Origin: Octopus vulgaris
Taxonomy: Eukaryota
Length of the DNA stretch: 64,000 bases
Assembly (NCBI GenBank): GCA_951406725.2
Contig: OX597814.1
Location: forward strand, 205,468,001 to 205,532,000
Direction of reading: 5' to 3'
Position numbers and translations under genes: made by a program. The notes beneath the pieces were generated by a model that did not search any database, was not told the DNA's origin, and saw only the letters and a list, made by a program, of their open reading frames with translations. This document shows, one piece after another, positions 26,630 through 39,913 of this stretch. Numbering within the stretch: the first letter of the stretch is position 1; every line of letters starts with the position of its first letter.

Positions 26630-26945
26630 CACTCTATTGGTTACGATTGTAAGGGTCCAGTTGATCTGACCAACGGAACAGCCTGCTCATGAAATTAATG
26701 TGTAAGTGGCTAAGAACTCCACAGAGACATTTACCCTTAACTTAATTCTCAGGGAGATTCAGCATGACACAGAGTGTGACAAGGCTGGCCCCTTGAAATA
26801 CAGGTACAACTCATTTTTGCCACCTGAGTGGACTGGAACAATGTAAAATAGTGTCTTGCTCAAAGACACAACATGCTGCTAGGAATTGAACTCATGACCT
26901 TACAATCATGAGCCAAATACCCTAACCACTAAATCACAATGCCTT
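26630..26945 (-). mobile_element. tRNA-derived SINE (same as 17810-18060)
   Basis: Shared head and core sequence. Confidence 0.75.
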
Positions 26946-27439
26946 CTTTCACACACACACACACACAGATGCCCCCCCCACACACACACACACGTGTACA
27001 TGTACACACTTTAAGGATGAGTTTAATAGATCAGAAAATTATAATCCTTTTATTGCCGTCTCATTTCAGACAATCAGAACAAACAGAGTGGACCCAATTA
27101 TATTTTAATTTTTGTAATGAAGCAGAAGGCCTTAGATTATATCTTATCTTTTAACACACAGACTAATTAATTAAATTAATTTGAATATAGTAATTTATAT
27201 GTTCTTCAATGATAGTACCATGTGTATCCTAATTTTTGAATAGAATAGATACATTATATTCATCAACAAGCAGTGAAAAGCTTGTTCCCCAGTTCAAATG
27301 TGCATCAAGCATATTCGGACATGACATTGCAATTATATTCATCTTCAAATGGTTGGAGGGTTCGACAAGAGTTGGCCAGCCAGAAGATTGCACCAAGCTC
27401 TCCTGCCTGCTTTGGCATGGTTTCTGCAGTTGAATGCCC

Positions 27440-27610
27440 AAGAACTTGTGAGAAATGTGTTGCTGTGGACACCAAAATCATGGTACCACAGCAGCTGGAA
27501 GACCACGGAAGACATATATACAACAACTTGCAGAAGATGTTGGATGCCAAGTTGAAAATCTAAAAGCACTAATGGAAGATCGGGAGGGATGAGGAGAGGT
27601 GGTCAGACTG
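27440..27610 (+). mobile_element. RTE-type ORF2 C-terminal remnant
   Basis: GRPRKTYIQQLAEDVG..LKALMEDREG. Confidence 0.6.
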
Positions 27611-28796
27611 GCCTGGCACTCAGCCTAACTGGATGATGCCTCGTTTTTTTTTTAAAATGTCCTTCCTGATGCCATCCATGGATTGGATGCTTTTTATATG
27701 CCACCTGTATTATTGAGATCACCAAGTAAACTTGCCAGGCAAGACTTTTCAACAGAGGTGGGAGTAGTTTTGAGGGAGGTGGCTTTATGCCAGTTAATGA
27801 AAGGTTAAAATGTGATAGAAAGACAGGTACAAGTATCTTGTAGAAGAGATAGAGGGTTACCCCAGTTGGAACAGAGATAAAACGGTGGTGAAGATGTGTC
27901 AGGACATAGCCTCAAGATACAGGAGGGCAAATACAGGACAAGTGGTTTGGGTGGGTAAGTAAGTTCACAAAGTATTAGAGGTGACCGAAAGGGTTGGCAA
28001 CAGAAGGAACATTTAGCTTTTAAAAATTACTCGCATAGAAAAGCAGACATGAAATAGTATTGGTGGTGGTGATGATGATGATGGTGGGGGTAGAAGCGGT
28101 GGTGGTGGTGGTAGTCCTGATGATGATGATAATGGTAGTAATTTTGGTGACAACAAAGACAATAATTATAACCATTATGATAACGATAATGATGATGATG
28201 ATGATAACATAACAACAGTAAATCCATTACATTTATAATGTATAAATTTGTTTGAATAATTAAACATTTTCTAAAATATTTCTAAGACAAAATTCTTTGG
28301 ATATCAACATTATGAAAACTTACAAAGTCAGGATTTCTTGTAGGACATGTAGACTATTAAACCTTGCTGTTATGAAGACCTCATTTAGCATAGTTGTTAG
28401 ACAAGTCTGACGTAAAACATGTAATGTAGTTGTGAGACAGCTCCGAAAGAGGACATGTAGTGTAGTTGTGTTGCAGCTTCATTAGAAAAAACAAATCACA
28501 GAATCTCTCGAGACTTTAGCTCGTAAACATTGGCATTTGTCACTGTGTTCTCTATGTTTACATACAGACGTGTAGTGTGATTGTTGTATGTATTTGATAT
28601 GTATATGTATATGTGTGTATATATGTGTGTGTGTGTATATATATATATATGTATGTATGTAAGTTATAGGTGTGTATGTGTTTGTGTGTATGTACATGTG
28701 CTTACTGACACATAGTTAAATAGGATGTTTATTAATGTGTAATTTACATGTACATATGTGTATGTTTGTGCATGGGTGTATGTATGCATGTATGTC

Positions 28797-28833
<37 letters not shown>

Positions 28834-29469
28834 GAATACCTATATGTATACACACACACACACATGCATACACATATATATGTGTGTATATTTTTGCTTA
28901 GGTACGAGCAAGCGCAATAGTAAAGTAACACAATTGTATAAGCTGATTAATTTGCACAATCTGTTAATTAAGTTGTAATCTAAATGAACTTACATAAAAA
29001 GATTTATGCTGATGGCTGTATGTGATGTAAGAGACAAAAGAGAGGGAAAGAGGAGGAGAGAGAATGGAAGGAGAGGGAGAGATGGAAGAACGGGAGAGAG
29101 CAAGCAGATGCTGATAATGTGTGTATCATGTCAAAGACAAAACATAATGGTGTATGTATGTATGTATGTATGTATGTCCGGAGAAAAAGAGGGAGAGAGA
29201 GAGTGAGAGAGACAGACAGACAGGGGTGAGGGAGAGATATGTGATACAAAAGCAGTTAAATAGAGTGAGGTGAAAAGATAAAAATGTAAGAGAGGTAGTA
29301 TTAGGTCTTGCTTTACCTTTCATTAGAGATTAGCCACAACCTGCAGTATATTTATGTCATTTGGGAAGATCAAATTATTGAGTAACCAGGATATATACAT
29401 AGTATAAAGAACAGCATTCCATTCACAAACTTTTGCATAAAATCTTTCTGTATACATCGATGCTAGTGC

Positions 29470-30080
29470 TGCCTCATCAATTCCAGTGCCACCTTGTCGA
29501 TGCCAGTTCCACCTTGGGGTCTATGCCAGTGCCACCTTGGGGTCAATGCCAGTGACATGTAAACAGGACCATTCAAGTGTTACTGATGCCAGTGCCGCCT
29601 GACTGACACCCATGCCAGTGGCACGTAAAAAGCACCATTCAAGTATGGTCGATGTCAGTGCCGCCTGACTGGCTCCCATTCCGGTGGCACGTAAAAAGCA
29701 CCCATTACACATGGTGGAGACTAAGCTGGTGGGAAGGAGAGCGAGAGGAAGGCAGAGGATGAAGATATTCAACTGGATGAAGAAGAGAATGAATGTACAG
29801 AATAAGAAAGACCTGGGTGATGTTGCGAGAGACAGAAATAAACGGAGGAGGAACAAGTTATGAGTCATCAACAGCATGAATATGCCATGACACAAAAGAG
29901 GAGTACACTCTCAGAGTGGTTGGCATTAGGAAGGGCATCCAGCTGTAGAAATCTTGCCAGATCAGACTGGAGCCTGATGCAGCTTCCAGGCTTGCCAGTC
30001 CTCAATCAAAACATTCAACCCATGCCAGCATGGAAAGCGGACATTAAATGACGATGATGATGATGATGATGACAATGATG
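29470..30080 (+). mobile_element. Truncated RTE 3'UTR with internal tandem units
   Basis: gccagtgcc / ggcacgtaaaaagcacc units and conserved tail. Confidence 0.75.
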
Positions 30081-30289
30081 ATACATCATCCTCTATGCAC
30101 AGCACACATGGAGACTGTTATAGTAGCAGTAGAATAGAGAGATTGGGGAGATAGTGACTCTGTGTTTGCTTGTGTGTGTGTGTGTGTGTGTGTGTATTTG
30201 TGGCAACATCATCACCTCAGATGTGGGAGCAATAGTTCATTAGAGAAAAACTAGCCATTTTTTGGTAATGTTTTTTGAGTAATTTTTTT

Positions 30290-30755
30290 AACTTTTATCT
30301 TGCTTACTTCAATCAGCAGACTGTGGCAATGCTGGGGCACCACCTTGAGGAACTTTTTTGGTCGACTGAATTGATTCCAGTATTTATTTTTGTTTTAAAG
30401 CCTGGCATTTATTCAATTGGTCTCTATTGCCAAACTGATAAATTACAGGGATGTCGAATGGATGTGGATGATGAACACTGATACACACACACACATGCAC
30501 ACACACATGCACACACACATGCACACACACATGCACACACACATACACACGCACATGCATGCACATACACACACACAAGCACATACACACACACACAATC
30601 ACATGCACACACATACACATACACGACTGATTTCTTTCACTTTTCATTTACCAAATCCACTCATAAGGCTTTGTTCAGCCAAGGTGCCATGCAGTCGGAC
30701 TGAACCCAGAACCATATGGTTGGGAAGCAAACTTCTTACCACACTGCTATGCCTG
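30290..30755 (-). mobile_element. Major tRNA-SINE, diverged copy
   Basis: Homology to 45457-45900. Confidence 0.7.
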
Positions 30756-30999
30756 CAATATCTTTGAGGATTTTAATTGTATATTGGTCAAGAATTTGTA
30801 ATGTCTTTGCATACTGGCAAAGGTTGTGAAAGAAGGAGAAGATTGTTCTTTGATATGAGCAGAGATTTTGTTTCATTTGTGCTAAAAGATTGTCATAACT
30901 CCATCAAAGAATGTATTTGTTGTCCCTGTTCATAAAAGCAGTTTAGCCTGCGCTGAGGTGTCTTTGTTGTGGAGGAGTAAAGGGTGGTTTTACCTTGGG

Positions 31000-31387
31000 T
31001 TTCATGGAGGCAAAGTGCCTGAGTTTCTTTTGAGCATTGGGCCTCACAGAAGCAATGACCAGGATCTTTGACCATTATGTTGTGCTTGAGAAGAAAACCC
31101 ATTAAGCCAAGCAAAATCACAGTTGTGGAAGATACCAGTGTCATGCAAGTTGGCACCTGTGCTGGTGGCACCTGTGCTGGTGGCACCTGTGCTGGTGGCA
31201 CCTGTGCTGGTGGCACCTGTGCTGGTGGCACGTAAAAGTACCCATTGCACTCTTGGAGTGGTTGGCATTAAGAAGGGCATTCAGCCATAGACAACCATGC
31301 CAAATCAGACTGGAGACTGATGCAGCCTTCCAGTGTGCCAGCCCAGTCAAATTATCCAACCCATGCCAGCATGGATAACTGACATTA

Positions 31388-31450
<63 letters not shown>
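31000..31450 (+). mobile_element. Truncated RTE 3'UTR with 5 x 15-bp tandem (tggcacctgtgctgg, 31151-31225)
   Basis: Direct reading; tail ends in (gct)n(gat)n. Confidence 0.8.
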
Positions 31451-31451
<1 letters not shown>

Positions 31452-32979
31452 ATTAGAGCATATAACAGAATAACCTGTGGTGTTTGTTCTAACTCTCTAG
31501 GTACTGTGTTCAAACCTGCCAAACCCAGCATTTCATTTTACCTTTTTGGGGTAAGTTAATAAAATTGTTAGAGCATCAGACTGGATAACTTGTACTATTT
31601 GTTCTAGCTATCTGTGTTCAAATGGCTCTACTATCTGTGATGGTACCAGTACCAAGCTGTAACAGCCTGGCCTTTTCCTTAGATGGTATTAGTTCTTGGA
31701 GTGGTAATGGTCATTGCTAGTCTTACACAAAAAAACCTTGTCCATGTTTGTGCCTTGTAAAAGAACTTTTTCTAGCTGTGGATACTCTAAGTATCTATAA
31801 GAAATGTGGAAGGTCATTGAAGAGGAGAGAGCCAGCAGATTGTTAATGTGCAGGAGAAAAGTGTAACCAATATTATTAAACGCTGGAGCACACAAAGGTT
31901 TATGTAAGAAGTGGTGGGTAAGACAATTCCACAGAATTTGTAGGGGTTCTTGGCAAGAGATTAGAAAAACTGGTGGCACCTCCATGTGCAAGGGAGTAGT
32001 GGTATGCACACAAGCCATCTATATTACTCTAGAGTAAACTAAAGTTCATCATAGTGCAATTAGTTAAAAAAAGTTAAAGTTTGCTTCAGGCCTACAGGGT
32101 CATTAGGTAGGAACTTGTCCTGTTTTGCAAGGCCTATAAGGGACTGGGTTTACAAAACACCTTACTGAATAGGGGTGAAGGTAATCCTATGACGGACTGA
32201 TATTCAATCCACCACAGGATTAAGTCCTCCCCACCACCATTACTTTCTTTTAACAGAGCATCAATTTATCACAGGGTTAACCCACAGAATAGGACGTTAG
32301 GCCACCACTGGCTTAACTCACTTAATAGGATGTCAGCTCAACACAGGATTTTCCTACTTAATAGAACATCTGTTCAGCATAGGGTTAGCTTCATGCTATA
32401 GAACATCAGTCTCACCACAGCTGCTGTTTTTACTCTTTTATATCTGAGTAAATTAAAGGAACATAAAATAAAGTGTTTTGCTCAAATATGTAATGCATAA
32501 TTTTATCTGAGAACTGAAACCACAGCCTTACAATTGTAAGTCCAACATAACAAACCTCTAGACCACTATATTACACTACAGTACAGTATAATACATTACA
32601 ATACTATATATTATATTGTAACACACTACCAGAGCTGACTCTAAGTGCAAGGTGAATTAGGTGATTGGTTGAAGCATGAAAATTGAGTAGGCCACAAATA
32701 ATTTACAAAAAATATCTTAATCCAATTAGAAACACAATAGATTAGGTCATTACTGGAACAAAACCAAATGGATGACATGGGAAGGAGGGGGACAAGAGAA
32801 TCACGTGATGTGGTGGCAGGTCACATGATTTGGCTTGAAGCATTTCAAATTTTACCCAGTAACAAATTATTCAGTGATACAATAAAACTATAACACTTTT
32901 ATGCACACGTTGAGTATTATAATTTTCAAACTGCATCCTCCAATCAGTGTAATAATGATGGCGATGGCTGGAGAATGTT

Positions 32980-33357
32980 ATCTTTTATCTTTTACTTGTT
33001 TCAGTCATTAGATTTCAGCCATGCTGGGGCACCACTTTGAAGAATGAAGAATTTTTAGCTGAATGGATCAACCCCAGGACTGTTTTTTTTTCCCTTTTCC
33101 TTTTATGCCTGGTACTTATTCTGTCAGTCTCTTTCAATGAACCACTAAGTTATGTGGACATAAACAAACCAACACTGGTTGTCAAGTAGTGGTGGTGGTG
33201 GTGGACAAACACAGGCATAAAGACACAAGCAGACACACACACACATACACACACATCCCAGCATCTGCCAAGCTGTCCAACCATTGCCAGCATGGAAAAT
33301 GGATGTTAAATGATGATGATGATGATGATAATATACATACATACATACATACATACA

Positions 33358-33403
<46 letters not shown>

Positions 33404-33590
33404 AATATATATATATATACATTCACACAACAGACTTCTTTCAGTTTCTATCACTAAATCCACTCACAAGGCCTTGATTGGCCAAAGACTATATAGTAGA
33501 AGACACTTGCTCAAGGTCACATGCAATGGGGCAGAACCCTGGAACCATATGGTTTAGAAGCAAACTTCTTACTACACAACTACACCTGTG
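32980..33590 (-). mobile_element. Major tRNA-SINE with a nested plus-strand RTE tail (~33260-33330)
   Basis: Homology to 45457-45900 interrupted by gtccaaccattgccagcatggaaa..(gat)n. Confidence 0.75.
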
Positions 33591-34632
33591 TCTGCAGAAA
33601 AATTTTTGTAGAAAACAGTTGGGGACAGTGGTTCTCATTGTAGGACTGGGAGAAGAGAACACACCTGACATGGTTGATTAAGGGTGTTGAATACCCAATA
33701 CTCTGGTACCAAACCTAGACACTACAGTAGAATGTGTTAAATAGTAGTTTCAATTTTATAAGCAATTTAGAGGTTAGCTGAGTGACAGAGTTGGTTGAGC
33801 ACTGGAAAAATATCTTGTGGTATTTGGATATCCCTTGGTGCTCTGAATTCAAACATCACCAAAAATGACTTTGCTTTTACCTCACTTCAGGGTGAATAAA
33901 ATAAAATACTAGTCAAGTAATGAGGTTGATTCAACTGACTCAATTCCTTACTCAGAATTTATGTGCTGGCAGTAAATTGAGAAATTGCTACCCTAAGATC
34001 ATCCATAAACTCTAACTAATATTAGGAGGGTCACTGTGAACTGACCTAGAGTCTATAAAAAGAGAGACAGTCCAGCACCAGGAGAGCTGAGAAGAGGGAT
34101 TCTGCTGGCCCCTAAAACATCAATCCCAATTTCCTTGAATTCTGAAATGAAGCACTCACCCCACCTGGAGCCCTGAAAGCAGTCTTGTTCCACTTTAGCA
34201 AATTTCTCACAGAGACCCTGTGTTAGGGTACCCACCCTTTTCCATCAACAAAATGTCCAATGAAGGGTCTTCTACATGGTTGCTTGACCCTGCTAGATAT
34301 GAATAATGTACACCTAGAGGCAGTATAGCTCAAAAAACAGATAAGATTGTCACAGCTGGAGTATCTTTGACCAATTAGAACTAATGTGGGCTAAATGACA
34401 GTAATAATATAAATTAAGTACCAGTTTCATACTGGTGTTGATCTCATCGACTGGCCCCCCTCCCCAAAAAAATTTTGGGCCTTGTGATTAGAGTAAAAAA
34501 AAATGAAAAGTACCTGTTTTTTGGACACAAAATGCCTTAAATACCGTAAAATGTAATGGACTAACTTTTAATATTTTGTCTGTTTTAAAGAAAAATTAAT
34601 GAAGGAAAAAAAGAAGAGAAGCAAGCACTTAC

Positions 34633-34736
34633 CTTATTCTTTTTAAGAGACAAAACTGATGCAGCTTCTTGGTAATTCTTGTATTCCAATTGCAGTATTT
34701 GATAAGTCACAGGACTCTGAGTATCTTTTGTAACAG
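34633..34736 (-). CDS. Probable exon, frame uncertain (AVTKDTQSPVTYQILQLEYKNYQEAASVLSLKKNK if entered in phase 1)
   Basis: Consensus donor AAG|GTAAGT; acceptor is weak; open only if entered in phase 1. Confidence 0.45.
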
Positions 34737-34951
34737 CTGGGTACATTTAAATGATATGTGATCATAAAATAGAACAATATCTCTGAATGATATTTAAATC
34801 AAAAGATAGATTAAGCAACTTTGTTTCAAAGAGATTTGCTTCATGAAAGGCTTGATTCAGCAAATCACAACAGAAAACAAATCCCTCTCTATGTTGTATC
34901 TATGCAAATCCTAAAAGATTAAAGAAATCTGGTATATTAAGACTCTCTTAC

Positions 34952-35072
34952 CATACTTCTTCCATATTCTTCTGCAGATGCCTTTCCTCAAGATCTTTCT
35001 TAAACTTCATATAACACAGTTCTTCATTCTCATTTTCCAATTTCAAAGAAGACTCAGCTGAGAAATTTTGTG
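34952..35072 (-). CDS. Coding exon of host gene (QNFSAESSLKLENENEELCYMKFKKDLEERHLQKNMEEV), phase 1-2
   Basis: Acceptor aatttatttctcttag, donor G|GTAAGA, 121 nt open, phase matches the upstream exon. Confidence 0.75.
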
Positions 35073-35258
35073 CTAAGAGAAATAAATTTTTTCCAGGATA
35101 TTTTCATATGAAAAATTATGTGTAATTGAAAACAGAAAAATTTATGAAATTGTTTATTTGAATTTAAATATACAATATAATATAATTTATTATCTATATA
35201 TGATATATATGTATAAGGTTATATATATATATATATATATATAAGGTTATATATACAT

Positions 35259-35339
<81 letters not shown>

Positions 35340-35650
35340 GGTGAGCTGGCAGAATCATTACCATTCTGGGGAAAATGCTTAGTGGCATCTCTCTTGACTT
35401 TACATTCTGAGTTCAAATGCCATCAAGAGTGACTTTACTTTATTCCTTTTGAGGTTGATAGAATAAGTACCAGTCAAACACTGGGGTTGGTATAATCAAC
35501 TTACTCCTCCCCTGAAGCCACTGGCCTTATACCAAGATTTGAAACCAAAGTAATGAGCTGGCAAAATGGTTAGCATGCTGGGCAAAATGCTTAGTGGTAT
35601 TTCATCGACTTTAAATGCCTCCAAGGTTAAGTTTGCCTTTCATCCTTTCA
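35340..35650 (+). mobile_element. tRNA-derived SINE pair (family of 38705-39105)
   Basis: gagctggcagaatc.. gagttcaaat.. gcctttcatccttt. Confidence 0.7.
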
Positions 35651-36299
35651 CCACACTACCAATGTCTAAAGGAAGGTCTGCTTACTTGGGCCAATAGACT
35701 GCATGGCTCCAGTGTCATCACAGACACTGTCATATCAGAATGCCAAGAGCCTCACGAGATACCACAAGATATGCCTGGTCTTCTAATAGTTCTGTCCCTC
35801 TAACATTCTGGGTTTCTATTCTATCGACCCACAAAGGATGCAAGGCAAAGTTAACCATAAGCAGGATTGAACTTAAACACAGAGAATTGGAACAAATATA
35901 TCATCGCTCTACCCATCACCCTAAAGACTCTGCTATTTCATTGCCTTTGAAAGTAACGGAAAAGATTTATGGAGGGTATTACTTGCTGCTAGAAATAGCA
36001 GTCAAATAACCATCAAACCACACCCTGACATAGTTTAATGATGTCCATACTAACGAATAATACTCATGACATAGAAATTTGTTTAAGATGGCCATGTGTT
36101 ATTTGACAGGGGATCTGAATGCTATTTCTAACAAATGGTAGTACGTTTTTGTAAATCTTCTATCCTAACTTTCAAAAGTAATAAATTAGTTGAATCAATA
36201 AGGTACTGGGGAGGGGGGTGGCCTTTGTTCCAGGTCTCTGTTGTCTGAGATGGAATTCTGTCATAGTCAACACTGTCTTTCATTCTTTTAAAGTCAACG

Positions 36300-37092
36300 A
36301 AGTGCCAGTGTCACATAAAAAGCACCCAGTACACTTTGAAAGTGGTTGGCATCAGGAAGGGCATCCAGCCATAGAAACCATGCCAAAACAGACAATTGCA
36401 GCCCAGTGCAGCTCTCTGGCTTGTCTACTCCTGTCAAATCATCTGACACTTGCCAGCATGGAAAATTGACATTAAATGATGATGATGATGATGAGGTGCA
36501 ATTTCAGGATGGTGGATTGAGGGAGCTGTTAGCGGATTGGATAAGATGGCTTGCAGCATTTGTTCCGGTTTTCTGTGTTGTGGCAGCAACTCTGATGACA
36601 TGATTGGTGCCATAAGAGATGCATTGAGGCTTTCTCTTGTATAAACACTGGAGGTATGTAAAGGGGAGACTTGCATGTATGCTTTCCATACACATGGTTC
36701 TGGGTTCAATCCTACCATCAGACACTTTCTCCTATAGCCTTGAGCTGACCAAAGCCTTGTGAGTAGATTTGGAACTACACGGAAACTAAAACATATATCT
36801 ATATATGTATGTGTGTGTGTGTGTGTGTGTGTGCATGTGTGCATGTGCATACACACTTGTGTATGTGCATGTCTTTGAGTCTGTGTTTGTTCTCCACCAA
36901 CCCTTGAGGACTGGTGCTGGTGTTTTTTTCCACCCCCATAACTTACCAGTTTGGCAAAAGTGACCAGTAGGATAAGCAGCTGCCTAAAAAAGGATAAGTC
37001 CTGGTGTCAATTCATTTGACTAAAAAATTCTTCAAAGTGGTGCCCCAGCATGGCCACAATTTAATGACTGAGGCAGATACAAGATAAAAGAG
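36300..37092 (+). mobile_element. RTE tail (36300-36493) followed by diverged major SINE (~36680-37092)
   Basis: Homology to window-internal copies. Confidence 0.7.
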
Positions 37093-37814
37093 AAACAGAC
37101 ACATGGACAACACTGATCAACAGAAGCCTTCTGAACTTCCCTGCATTCAAGCCAGACCTCTAGTTTGAGTTTTAACTTCCTTTATTCCTCCTACACATCA
37201 TGAAATCTCTGAAAAAGCCCTGGGGTGCTACCTTTCCCCCCAACAGACTGAGCAATTAAATTAATAAAAGCAATGAAGCTAATACAGCACTGTGAAAAGC
37301 ATTGGAGAATCAACAGATCAACATATTATAAAACCTTGCATTAATCCACACTATATCCTTTGTAGTATTTTAGGTGGAAATTAGATATCTGGAGTATTAA
37401 AGGATTAAATGGCTAAATCATGAGAATAGATTTAGAGGAAATTAATCTATAAACAAACAAACAAAATCTCAATTTTCATTTTTACTTTGATGTTAATTTG
37501 TATTGAATGTTAATTCGTCAAACTGCTTCCTTGTGACATTTAGCCTCTCCACCACTTTAACTGTTTCTGTCATATAATAAAATAATCATCTCAGCTGACC
37601 ACACTGGATTGGTCAGCAGGATAATAACAACTGATAGACCAAGTATCATGCCAATGGCAAAGATGATGATGATGATTATGACAGTAGTGGGTAGTAGCAG
37701 TGGTGGTGGTGGCGTTGGTGGTGGTGGTGGTGGTGGTGGTGGTAGTGATGTTGGTAGTTGTTTGAGTATGGCTGCTGCTTTGGTTGCTGTTGCAGATGAA
37801 TATTATTCTCAGGT

Positions 37815-38363
37815 TGGGTCTCTGCACTGGTTTGGTCATGTGATGCAGGTGGATGAGGACAGTTGCTTAAAGAAAAAAACCTATCACTTAAAATGAATGG
37901 AAGCTGTGGAAGAGAGCAACCCAGGAAGACATGAAACAAAAGTATTGATAGCCAGCCTCAAAACACTGAACTTTACAAAGGTGAAGAAGAACCGAGATAT
38001 ATGGCACATTGCTGTACACAAGAAGATCTACCCACTAAAACAGAATTTGTCCATGAGAGCAGATAGGTAGAGCTGGTGCCACGGAGAAGTGCATGGTGAC
38101 ATAAAAAGCACTGGTGATGGTGCCACATAGAATGCACTTCTGCTGGTGCCAGATAAAAAGCACTTCTGCTGGTGCCAGATAAAAAGCACCCAGTACACTC
38201 TGTAAAGTGGCTGGCGTTTGGAAGGGCATCCAGTTGTAGAAACCATGTCAAAATAGTGAAATGGAGCCTGGTGTTGCTCCTAGCCTTGCCAACTCCTTCC
38301 AAACTGTCCCACCCATGCTAGCATGGAGAATGGACATTAAAAGATGATAAGGATGAGGATGAT
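37815..38363 (+). mobile_element. Old truncated RTE: ORF2 C-terminus plus 3'UTR
   Basis: LHWFGHVMQVDEDSC matches LRWYGHVARMDEDRC; followed by the shared tail. Confidence 0.8.
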
Positions 38364-38704
38364 CCACACTTCTACTATCACCACCATCAATGCTGCTGTC
38401 AAAAGAGCCACTACATGGTTGCTCAGTCTTTTAAAAATAGCAGCCAAACTTGATGAAGTCACATTTTATCAGCTTGAATAGGGAAGGACATAATGAACAA
38501 TGCTAGAGAGAAGAACAAGGTTGTCATGGTCGGAACTGGAATGTCTTTCATTATAAGTCTGCTCAATCGGGATTGACCAGGAGCTAAATAACAACAGCAA
38601 AGGGACAATGAAAGGGTTTCTACAAGGATGCTCAACTTGCTAGAAATAGCAACTGATTTATCTTCTACTCACACTCCACTGTCATGAAAGTAAAGAACAT
38701 ATTC

Positions 38705-39105
38705 TTTTTTTTTCTACTCTAAGCACAAAGCCTGAAATTTTGGGGGAGGGGCCAGTCGATTAGATTGACCCCAGTATGCAAGTGGTACTTAATTTATCGA
38801 CCCCAAAAGGATGAAAGGCAAAGTTGACCTTGGTGGAATTTGAACTCAGAATGTAAAGACAGACAAAATATCTATTTCTTTACTACCCACAAGGGGCTAA
38901 ACACAGAGAAGACAAACAAGGACAGACAAACGGATTAAGTCGATTATATCGACTCAAGTGCATAACTGGTACTTATTTAATCGACCCCGAAAGGATGAAA
39001 GGCAAAGTTGACCTCGGTGGAATTTGAACTCAGAATGTAGCGGAAGACGAAATACTGCAAAGCATTTCACCCAGCGTGCTAACGTTTCTGCCAGCTTGCT
39101 GCCTT
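38705..39105 (-). mobile_element. tRNA-derived SINE with duplicated core (Nin/Deu-like central domain)
   Basis: Two copies of tcgaccccgaaaggatgaaaggcaaagt..gaatttgaactcag; other copies at 51300-51520 and 61880-62108. Confidence 0.8.
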
Positions 39106-39248
39106 AAGTAAAGAACATATTGAACAAAAGAGTCTTAGATACATATAAAGACAGGCTGATCAAAACTGGTCTACCTAAACAACAACGAAACAGCAACAAC
39201 AACAACAACAGCAAAAGTTATAATGACACAACTGATAGAAATACTTAC

Positions 39249-39419
39249 CAAGTTCTTCATTCCCAACATCAATTTTATTGGTAACTTTTTCTGTTTTCTT
39301 TGTTGAGTCTAAATCTTTGTCTTCAAAATTGGGCGATACAAGCAGCTCGAGAAACCGACTTTCAAAGTCTTCAGTTCTTATAGATTCTGTATCACTACAT
39401 TCTTCAATTCTACCGATTT
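39249..39419 (-). CDS. Coding exon of host gene (IGRIEECSDTESIRTEDFESRFLELLVSPNFEDKDLDSTKKTEKVTNKIDVGNEEL), phase 1-1
   Basis: Acceptor tatttattactttatccatag, consensus donor G|GTAAGT, 171 nt open. Confidence 0.8.
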
Positions 39420-39671
39420 CTATGGATAAAGTAATAAATACAACTATTTTTGTTTATGTTATAAAAGTTTAGAAACTGAGAGACGTGAAATAATTTGGTT
39501 TTAACTATAGAAATAGATAAATGTATAAATAATAGCAGGTTGGATATTGACCAGACATGATTTTCATGGAGAACTAGAGATGAACAACATTTCGGCTATG
39601 ACGGCTTGCTTGCAACCATCACACGATGTCATGACAAGAGTATATACACACAGATGTATACATGTATACAT

Positions 39672-39891
39672 ATGAGAGGATGCTATAAAGTTCTGGCTTT
39701 GAGTCAAAGAAAATACAGGAGGATACTTTAATCATGATTTTATTCAATATATTCCCCTCTCAGAATCACACACTTATTGCAACCATCCTTCAGTTTTTCT
39801 AAGCCCTGTTAAAGAACTCAGAAGGTTGGACCTCCAACCAGGCTCTTCACAATACCCTTAAAGTCAGAAACTTCGCAGCACTCCCTCTTAT
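39672..39891. mobile_element. Mariner-derived MITE
   Basis: Imperfect TIRs gagaggatgctataaagttctggcttt / aaagtcagaaacttcgcagcactccctc; internal NKCVILRGEYIE* mariner C-terminus on minus strand. Confidence 0.7.
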
Positions 39892-39913
39892 ATATATATA
39901 TATATATATATAC

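Noticed and set aside
30893-31231. ORF with (PPAQV)n repeats
   Set aside because: Antisense reading of a 15-bp tandem in an RTE 3'UTR
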